DNA from: Amphiscolops sp. MND2022
Lineage: Eukaryota
NCBI GenBank assembly: GCA_964187785.1
Contig: OZ076409.1
Coordinates: 75,270,001-75,334,000 of the forward strand
Reading direction: 5' to 3'
Length of the DNA stretch: 64,000 bases
The translations under genes and the position numbers were made by a program. Below are positions 1 through 8,899 of this stretch, piece after piece. Positions within the stretch are counted from its first letter, which is position 1. Every line of letters begins with the position of its first letter. Under the pieces are notes generated by a model that saw only the letters and a program-made list of their open reading frames with translations, had not been told where the DNA came from and ran no database searches.

Positions 1-742
1 TTGTGTTTAAAGGGTACAAATGTTTGGTGTTTTATGGATAACAGTACCTATTAGGTGTTTCGACGGTATGCAGTTGTGAACATAGTCATGAAACCTTGTG
101 GGGGGTAACGGTATATAGCACCGGAAGTCCAAAACGTTGGAGACAGGATAAGTTTTTTGGTTTTAAAACGTCTTTCGGCCTACTTTTGTCGACTATTATG
201 GTCTATTTTTGAAAAATAAAATTTTTCCATATAGTTTCAGAGACTCCGAAACCTCAACCAACATAACCGTTACCTTATGATAGCCTTTCAAGTTGGCCTG
301 GTGTCAACTTGGAAGGGCTATCCTTCAAAAATCATTAATCAAGTATGTTTTTGAGTATGTTTGTATTACTTTAGAATCAATTAGAGCTTAAAGGAAAGTT
401 TGCCAACGACAAAAACTATGTCGTGATGATTCCGTTATTAGAATACTTGTTAACAAAGTTTTAAAAACGTTGATTTTTTACATATCAAATGTGTCCTAAA
501 TGCCAGAAAACCTCTTTACCAAACAAATGGTATTGATTGAATTGTATATAACAGCTAATAAAAGTTCAAACTGAATATTACGTTTCATTTTGGAAGCTGA
601 AACGTCATTTTATAGTTTCATTAACGTCAACGCCACATACTTTACATCAACGCCCACCGTCCGTAGGCATGCCGAGGCATGCCTTTCGACGACGTATACC
701 AAATTCCTTTAACACAACACCCCCGAGCGCGGTAGCCGCTAG
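1..742 (+). mobile_element. Family A unit, 3' part (truncated by window edge)
   Basis: Matches the 3' part of 45636-47614. Carries the 44-bp hairpin (279-322), the TCAACGCC pair, the SphI palindrome (665-684) and a terminal CTAG. Confidence 0.7.
279..322 (+). other. Family A 44-bp subterminal bulged hairpin (representative)
   Basis: GATAGCCTTTCAAGTTGGC ctggt GTCAACTTGGAAGGGCTATC: 19 pairs including two G-T, with one bulged G. Also at ~2275, ~37332, ~39305, ~47151 and ~49147. Confidence 0.85.
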
Positions 743-2736
743 GTGCGGGGGGGTAACCCCAACTTTTTTCTTGGAGGAATCGGGTAGGGTCCTGATTCCG
801 AGTTCAGTGCCGCCAGCTATCGTTAAAAACCCATACCTTTTAAACCCGATCTCGGGAACTAACCACGCCCCTTCTTTAATTTTTTGGCCCCCACTCACTT
901 TTTGAGAGTAGATCGCCCCCCACTGGGTTCCAAGTTGGGCAAAAATGGAGGTCATGGGTAACGGGGACCGTTAAGGGGTAACTCAGGGGGTAAAATTTAT
1001 TTTTTGCGTCATATCTTTTCCCCCCGTGGATTTAGCGCTTCCGGTCAGCAGACAAAACCTCATGTACGTGATAAGGGGCCTCCGTAGGTCCAAACAAAAT
1101 TTTTCTATCATGCACCGTTACGGACTTGCCCCCCCGGCCCAACCGTTATTTTGCCGGAAATTGCCTTTTTTGACAGGAAAGGAGTCGTCTGAGCACGGAG
1201 TCGCTTGGTAATGTTTTGTAGTGCATCTGGAGACGTGTTGGGGGACATGTAGTTTGCCGACCCCAGTTTACCCCTCGGACGGGAAATGACCGTTATGTGA
1301 GTTTTAAAAATGCCCCCCTTCAATTTTCCCCGCAATTTCCGGTGTGAAGGAGTGGGAGTAGGGTGTCGGGTGCCATATATCAAAAGTAGGTTTAGACAAG
1401 GACCAACCGGAAACATGTGGTTTCGGACCCCCTGACCCAACCCGTTAGCCGCTATTAGGGTGATCGCCTCCTTTTTTTGCTGTTAAAACCGGAAAACGGG
1501 CATTGAGGGGTAAATATCTCGTGAACGCGTGGAGCAATCGTGTCCATCACTACTACAAGGTTTCATACCCATGATATGGTGCCTTCAGGGGGGCAAACAG
1601 ATTACCGCTATCTATCACCGTTACCGACTTGGCCCCCCAGCCTAACCGCTATGTGACCGGAAATTGCACTTTTTGAGCCCAAAGGGTCGATCCTAGCCGG
1701 GCAACGATAGGTAACATATTGTAGTACTCATTGAGACGAGTTGGGGGATCTAGTTTCAGTCACCCCCGTTACCCCTTGAGACCGGAAATGACCGTTATGT
1801 GAGTAGAATTGCAATTTTTATACCTTTTGAAGGGCATTTAGAAGCGGAAGGAATGGTAATAGGTGCTTGGACACTATATGATGTAATGGAGGTCGTGAGG
1901 AGAGCATTCGGAAGTAACCGTTACGTTGACCCCAAAGTCCCCCTGGTACCGTTAACAACCGGAAATGGCCAGATTTTGTGTTTGTAGGGTACAAATGTTT
2001 GGTATTTTATGGATAAAAGTACCTGGAAGGTGTTTTAAAGGCCTCCAGAAGTGAACATAGTCAAGAAACTTTGTGGGGGGTAACGGTATATAGCACCGGA
2101 AGTCCAAACCGTTAGTTACAGAATAGGTTTTTTGGTTTCAAAATGTCTTTAGGCGTAGTTTTGTGGGTGGAATCGTCATAATATCAACTAATACGGACTT
2201 TTTTCGGAAATAAAATTTTTTCACATTAGTTTCAGGGACCTCCAATGTTTCAGTCAACATAACCGTTACATTTTGATAGCCTTTCAAGTTGGCCTGGTGT
2301 CAACTTGGAAGGGCTATCCTTCTAAAATCGTTAATCAAGAGTGTTTTTGGGTAGGTATATGTTGCATTAGTACCAATTAGAGCTTCATCAACAGTTTGCC
2401 AACGGCAAAAACGATGTCGTGATAATTCCGTTATAAGAATATTAATTAACAAATTGTTTACAAAGTTGATTTTTTTCATTTAAAATGTGTCCTAATGCCA
2501 CCAAATTGAATAAAATAATAAATGGTATTGACTAAAACTAAATAACATTGAAAAAGAACATCAACATTTTTATTAGGTCTCATTATGGAAGCTGAAACCT
2601 CACGTTTTAACTTGATTAACGTCAACGCCACATACTTTACATCAACGCCCACCGTCTGTGGGCATGCCGAGGCATGCCCTTCGACGACGTATACCAAACA
2701 ACCTCCATATCTACACCCACCCGCGGTAGCAGCTAG
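743..2736 (+). mobile_element. Family A unit (1994 bp), putative non-autonomous cassette
   Basis: Starts GTGCGGGGGGGTAACCCC, has the GGGTAGGGTCC box 39 bp in, is rich in ACCGTTA/CCGGAAAT, and shares the 3' terminal block with family B. Mobility of family A is inferred from shared ends; no A-unit indel is seen. Confidence 0.7.
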
Positions 2737-3698
2737 GTGCCGGGATTTCTATTCGTTCGAGTATGTGGCGCGTGTGGGTAGGGCCCCTGGCGCGCTCTTT
2801 TATTTCGGGTACACCTACTCCAAATTCACGATGTGATTTCGACGATCTCGTAAACTAGCCACACGATTTGGCTGAAATTTGGCACACGTACCCCCCTCGG
2901 CACGGTGAAGATGATTTTCTACTGACGTTTTTCCCGCTAAACATTTTTTGTTGACCAAAATAACGGTTTTTGGGGTAAAATTTTCAACTTTTTTTAAATT
3001 TCATCTTATATCTCGCCACGGGTACACGCTAGCGCTTCCAAACCTTGCTGACGAAAGTTTGCAAACTGTCTCAGGAATGCTGTGTGAAATTTTCAGCTCA
3101 ATCGGACTTAAACTCGAGGAGATATAGCGTTTTTCCGGAGCGGGGGGGTTTCATTTTTCTAACGGTCCAGCTTATCTTTGCCATTTTTTCGAAAATGCAC
3201 TCGCCTAAAGGCCTCCCCTGGCCGGTTTTACTCCCAAAAAAACCATTTGGCCCTAAATACGGAGTTTCAGCGTTCTAGCATTCTCGGGCGAAAAGTTGTG
3301 GGACTTAGAAAATTTCAAAAATTTTCAAAAAAATTTTTTTTTGTTATTTGGGCCCCCAAAGTGGGGGAAAGGACCCCCCAACCATTAATTTGAGTGAATG
3401 CATGTGCAAAGCCCTTGTATAGAGGAGAAAAATGCCGTTTAGAACGTCTTTTTATCTTTACTCAACGTTGACTTATGACGTTTTGAAGGTGACCGTTAGA
3501 TATGGAAAATTGATGTTTTGAGTATTTATCTCATCTGAAAGCCATTGAGATACAACATGTTTTGCTCAAAACGGGTTTCATTGCAGTTTCGCTGTCTATT
3601 AACACCCTTTGGTGACTTTTGACATATTTTTGCTTTTATATAAAACCAATTTTTTGTGCATTTTTTCTTTTTTTTTCATCTAATATCTTGAAACAGTT

Positions 3699-3742
3699 GA
3701 GTACATTCCATCTCCCTTCCCGGGGGAGATGAGAATGTACTC
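3699..3742 (+). other. Family B 44-bp subterminal bulged hairpin (representative)
   Basis: GAGTACATTC CATCTCCC ttcccgg GGGAGATG A GAATGTACTC: arms are reverse complements with one unpaired A. Confidence 0.9.
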
Positions 3743-3907
3743 GCTAAAAGCCAAGAACTACGGCCAATACCTTCCCGAGCTATGCACTACAAATATTGCA
3801 TATGCATGCAGACCTTTTGATACATTTTTATCTTTGTAGATTGACTGGAAAAACCGAAAACTCTGTCCTGATTATACAAAGTTTCCTCACAACGACACAT
3901 GTTTACG

Positions 3908-3976
3908 TCAACGCCCCATAGTTCTTATCAACGCCCCCCGTCCGTGGGCATGCCGAGGCATGCCCTTCGACGACGT
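3908..3976 (+). other. 3' terminal block: 2x TCAACGCC, then GGGCATGCC-GA-GGCATGCCC palindrome, then TTCGACGACG (representative; in all intact A and B units)
   Basis: Nearly invariant across otherwise unalignable A and B bodies. The palindrome is at 3946-3965, and lies ~35-55 bp before the CTAG depending on the unit. Confidence 0.9.
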
Positions 3977-4006
3977 GCACCAAAATATATTCGAGCGCGG
4001 TAGCCG

Positions 4007-4013
4007 CTAGGTG
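4007..4013 (+). other. Junction / putative recombination or nicking site CTAG|GTG (representative of 47)
   Basis: CTRGGTG occurs at every intact unit boundary, and all four unit indels map to it. Confidence 0.85.
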
Positions 4014-7000
4014 CCGGGATTTCTATTCGATAAAGTATGTGGCGCGCCTTGGGTAGGGTCCCTTGCGCGCTCTTGGGTATGGTGTTCACCAGCTAGGAAA
4101 CAGGGGTCGATTTTTCGGGATCTCCTAAACTAGCCACACGATTTGGCTGAAATTTGGCACACGTACTCCCCTCGGCACGGTGAAGATGATTTCCTACTGA
4201 CATTTTTCCCGCAAAATTTTTTTTGTTGTCCAAAATAACGGTTTTTGGGGTAAAATTTTGAATTTTTTTTAAATTTTATCTTATATCTCGCCACGGGTTC
4301 ACGCTAGCGCTTCAAAACCCTGCTAAAGAAAGCTTGCAAACTGTCTCAGGAATGCGGTGTGAAATTTTCAGCTCAATCGGACTTAAACTCGGGGAGATAT
4401 AGAGTTTTTCCGGAGCGGGGGGGTTTCATTTTTCTAACGGTCCAGCTTATCTTTGCCATTTTTTCGAAAATGCACTCGCCTAAAGGCCTCCCCTGGCCGG
4501 TTTTATTCCCAGCAAAACCATTTGGCCCTAAATACGGAGTTTCAGCGTTCCAGCATTCCCGGGCGAAAAGTTGTGGGACTTAGAAAAGTTCAAAAAATTT
4601 CAAAAAAATTTTTTTCCGTTTTCCGCCCTCCCCCCCTAGGGGAAAAGACCCCCCAACCAGTAATTTGAGTGAATTCATGTGGAAAGGCCATGTTTAGAGG
4701 AGAAAAATACCGTTTAGATCGTCTTTTTATCTTAACTCAACGTTGACTTATGACGTTTTGAAGGTGATGTTTGGAGGTGTAAAGCACGTGAATAGTAAAC
4801 GTTATGAGTATTTATCTGATCTGAAAGCCATTGAGATGCAATATGGTTTGCTCAAAACGTAATTCATGGCAGTTTGGCAATCAATCAACACCCTTTGTTG
4901 TCGTTTGACAGACTTTTTTGTTGTTATAATAAAAAATTTTGTGTATTTATTCATTTTTTTCTCATCAAATAACTTGAAACAGTTGAGTACATTCCATCCC
5001 CCCCTTCCGGGGGAGATGAGAATGTACTCGCAAAAAGCACCGAACTACGACCCTTACCTTCCCGAGCTACGCAGTATAAGGACTACATATTGGTTCCGAC
5101 ATTTTCATAGAGTTAAATCTTGGTAATCTGTCTGGATATGCAGAAAAACCAGCACGTGCTTTTTTATACCAAGTTGCTCACAACGACAATTATTTTATAT
5201 CAACGCCCCCATATTTATCAACGCCCCCCGTCCGTGGGCATGCCGAGGCATGCCCTTCGACGACGTATACCAAGATATGTTCGAGCGCGTTAGCCTAGGT
5301 GGCCGTGTCTTTTCGACGTGCTTTTGCATTGAGGAGTGGGTAGGGCCCCGCGACGACCTAGAAGAATTGGATGCTCACCGAAACGTGCAGAATTCTACGA
5401 GATCTCATAGTTTGAGCCATACGATTTTTCTGAAATTTGGCATGTGGCCTGGAATTGGTGAGTAGGTAAAACGTGTAGAAGGTAATTTTTCCCAAATTCC
5501 ATTGTGAGAGGAGATATGGGCAAATAACGGACCCAAAATTGGGGAAAATGCACTTTTTTCAAGTTTGTCAGCCAATATCTCATTTCCAGGTGCCCGTAGC
5601 GTTCCGCACGTGGACGTCAATATTGCTCAACGCTGTTGGAAGAGTGCGTGGACAAATTTTGGTTCAAATCGGACTGAAACTTGGCGAGAAATTAACGGTT
5701 TTTTGGGCGTTTCCGGGGTAAATTTTTTAACGGTCCAGCTTATCTTTGCCATTTTTTCGAAAATGTACATGCCTAAAGGCCTCCCCCTGGCCGAATTTAC
5801 TCCCAGCAAACCCATTTGGCCCTAAATACGGAGTTTCAGCTGTCCAGCATTTCCGGGCGAAAAGTTGTGGGACTTTGAAAAATTTCAAAATTTTTCAAAA
5901 ATTTTTTTTTCCGTTTTCCGGGCCCCCCAATGAAGGGGAACGACCCCCCAACCAGTATTTTGAGTAATTTCATGAGGAAAGCCCATGTTTAGAGGAGAAA
6001 ATGCCGCTTAGAACGTCTTTTTATCTTAACTTGATGTTGACTTATGATCTTTTGAGTAGCGTATAACACGTGATCACAGTAGTGAAAACCCTAATTTTCA
6101 AAAATTTTCAAACCATAACGCATGAAAAGAACCTGGAAAAGGTTCCGATGGGTCAGTTGGGATGTCTGAAGCATGTGTACATTCCCGTAGTGTATAGCGG
6201 ATGTATTTGGGACTTATTAGAAATTGTGATATGTTTTATACAAGTCTTTGTTTCTCTTAGAATCTTATGCAGTTGAGTACATTCCATCTCCCTCTCAGGG
6301 GAGATGTGAATGTACGTTTGCCAAATGCCTTGTATATTTCACATCTTTGATGGATTCAAATAACTAAACAAGTGTGATTTGCGTTTGCCGAACCACTGCG
6401 ACAAAACATCCTAAATCTATAGCGAGTATGTATGGTTTTTGTCTTTAGTGTTTCGTCTTGTGTAGCCGACTTCCACATCCAAATATCAACGCCCGCCGTC
6501 CGTAGGCATGCCGAGGCATGCCTTTCGACGACGTATGCCAAATGCCCAATGCCACGCTGTCATTATCGCTAGGTGCCGGGATTTCTATTCGTTCGAGTAT
6601 GTGGCGCGTGTGGGTAGGGCCCCTGGCGCGCTCTTGTGTTTCGGGTTTTCCTACTCCTAAACCGCGTTCAGATTTTCGGGATCTCGTAAACTAGCCATAC
6701 GATTTGGCTGAAATTTGGCACACGTACCCCCCTCGGCACGGTGAAGATGATTCCCTACTGACGTTTTGCCCGCTAAACATTTTTTGTTGACCAAAATAAC
6801 GGTTTTTGGTGGAAAATTTTCAACTTTTTTTAAAATTCATCTTATATCTCGCCCCAGGTTTACGCTAGCGCTTCAAAACCTTGCTGACGAAAGTTTGCAA
6901 ACTGTCTCAGGAATGCGGTGTGAAATTTTCAGCTCAATCGGACTTAAACTCGAGGAGATATAGCGTTTTTCCGGAGCGGGGGGGTTTCATTTTTCTAACG

Positions 7001-7840
7001 GTCCAGCGTATCTTTGCCATTTTTTCGAAAATGCACTCGCCTAAAGGCCTCCCCTGGCCGGTTTTACTCCCAAAAAAACCATTTGGCCCTAAATACGGGG
7101 TTTCAGCGTTCTAGCATTTTCGGGCGAAAAGTTGTGGGACTTAGAATATTTCAAAAATTTTCAAAAAAATTTTTTTCCGTTATTTGGGCCCCCAATGTGG
7201 GGGAAAGGACCCCCCAACCAGTATTTTGAGTGAATGCATGTGCAAAGCGCTTGTTTAGAGGAGAAAAATGTCGTTTAGAACGTCTTTTTATCTTTACTCA
7301 ACGTTGACTTTTGTCGTTTTGAAGGTGACCGTTAGATATGGAAAATTGATGTTTTGAGTATTTATCTCATCTGAAAGCCATTGAGATACAACATGTTTTG
7401 CTCAAAACGTGTTTCATTGCAGTATCGCTGTCCATTAACACCCTTTGGTGACTTTTGACATATTTTTTTTATATATAATATCACTTTTTTGTGCATTTTT
7501 TCGTTTTTTTCTCATCTAATATCTTGAAACAGTTGAGTACATTCCATCTCCCTTCCCGGGGGAGATGAGAATGTACTCGCTAAAGGCCATGAACTACGGC
7601 CTATACCTTCCCGAGCTACGCACTACAATTATTGCATATGCATGCAGACCTTTTGATACATTTTTATCTTTATAGATTGACTGGACAAACTGAAAACTCT
7701 GTCCTGATTATACAAAGTTACCTCACAACGACACATGTTTACGTCAACGCTCCATACTTTACATCAACGCCCACCGTCCGTGGGCATGCCGAGGCATGCC
7801 CTTCGACGACGTATAGCCACTCAAACGCGGTAGCCGCTAG

Positions 7841-8899
7841 GTGGTCGGGTGTTTTACCTTTACAGAGTAGTGCGAGGCCGGGTAGGGTCCCGTGACGAGC
7901 TTGAAGAATAGCCTGCTAAAAATATACATGTTGGGGGGGGGGTCTACGGAGACGATCTCGAAAATGAACCGTTAGAATTTATTCAAACTTTGCATGCGGA
8001 CATAGAATCAAAATGTAAGAACTTTTTCCTACTGGCACTTTTCGCTCCATACCCTGTGACGGAAGTTATGAGCAAATGTATGTCGAAATCACCCATTTTT
8101 CGCATCTTTTCAGTCGCTGCTCCTCAGCCATTGGAGCCAATAGGCCGAAACTTTTTGTGTGAGGTACAAATGAAGTGGGCTACAAGATGGCCAAAAATTT
8201 TTGGCCAGGTCCTAATACATCGGGAAATATGATAGAAAATATACACCAAAAAAGGTGATTTTTTGACACTTTTTATCATGACTTCCGAAGTGCCCAATGG
8301 AATAGGTAGTGCCTATGGATAAAAATGAATGGTTTTATGTTTAATCGAAAGAGGAACAAATTTTGGTTTTTTTGGCCAAAAAAAAGTTCTACAAAAGTTC
8401 TACCAAAATTCGAAAAATTTAGAATTATTCCAAAAAAAAGGTTTTTTCGTCTTTTTTGATGTTTTTTCACATTTTGAGGTCAAAAACGAGGTACCCGAGC
8501 ACTTACACTGACTTTTTAGGGGAATTTGACACATTTAATTTTTATTTTTGGTTAATGATTACACTTTTAAAGTTTTAATCCCAAATTACTGCAATCTTTT
8601 CTCAGTTGTTGGAATTCTATGTTTGTTGGTAAATGACATGTAGAAAGATCGCCGATGTTCCGGGAGAACGCAAAGCGTTTCGGAGGAAGATTGGCGACAA
8701 ACGATAAAAGTCTGTGCAACTTATGTGCTTCCAATGAGGTGCTTGGTAGAATTATCAAGATGAAAAAATAACTTTTTTGAGGTAGTTTGTTGTGAAATGA
8801 AAACGATTAAAGTTTACAATTTTAAGTTGCACCAACTTCAGTTTCAATCAAGTATTGTCTGAATAGGCCTTACTGGTAGTTGGTACCTGCCTCCACTGG
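7841..8899 (+). mobile_element. Family C unit C1 (1059 bp)
   Basis: Starts GTGGTCGGG, has GGGTAGGGTCC 39 bp in, ends GCCTCCACTGG, and lacks the SphI block. Second copy at 55774-56833. Confidence 0.75.

Larger units (their letters stand above)
2737..7840 (+). mobile_element. Run of 4 family B units (starts 2737, 4011, 5299, 6573; 1268-1288 bp)
   Basis: Each has the central conserved core, the GAGTACATT...ATGTAC hairpin and the SphI terminal block. Unit 2737-4010 is precisely absent in copy 2. Confidence 0.8.

Noticed and set aside
627..745. CRISPR-like reading of the conserved palindromic block as a repeat with spacers
   Set aside because: The intervening sequences are 1-2 kb and homologous to one another, not unique 25-45-bp spacers, and there are no cas genes.
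743..2736. LTR/solo-LTR, TIR transposon (MITE) or SINE identity of the units
   Set aside because: No TG…CA ends, terminal inverted repeats, variable target-site duplications, poly-A tails or Pol III A/B boxes at unit boundaries.
3048..3090. Hammerhead ribozyme (CTGACGA…GAAA), as found in some satellite or retrozyme arrays
   Set aside because: No stem II closing directly onto GAAA and no stems I/III are apparent, and many units replace CTGACGA with CTAAAGA.
3208..3305. HDV-like ribozyme (GGCCTCCCCTGGCC … GGCGAAAAGTTGTGGGAC resembles P3/L3 and the 3' end)
   Set aside because: No upstream GTCCC partner for P2 and no P1 pairing found by eye; an RNArobo or Infernal search would settle it.
2737..4010. 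Tandem 5S rRNA, snRNA, spliced-leader, tRNA or histone gene repeat
   Set aside because: I could not find recognisable sequence of any of these genes on either strand.
4007..4013. Firm assignment as a canonical Helitron or a bacterial integron attC array
   Set aside because: Units start GTG rather than TC and the hairpin-to-CTRR distance is too long for a canonical Helitron. There are no GTTRRRY/RYYYAAC boundaries, cassette ORFs or integrase. Both are kept only as analogies.
4630..4642. Internal CTAGG occurrences (cccctagggg; also accagctaggaaa near 4090) as additional junctions
   Set aside because: They are not followed by TG, lack the upstream terminal block and the +39 box, and no rearrangement maps to them.
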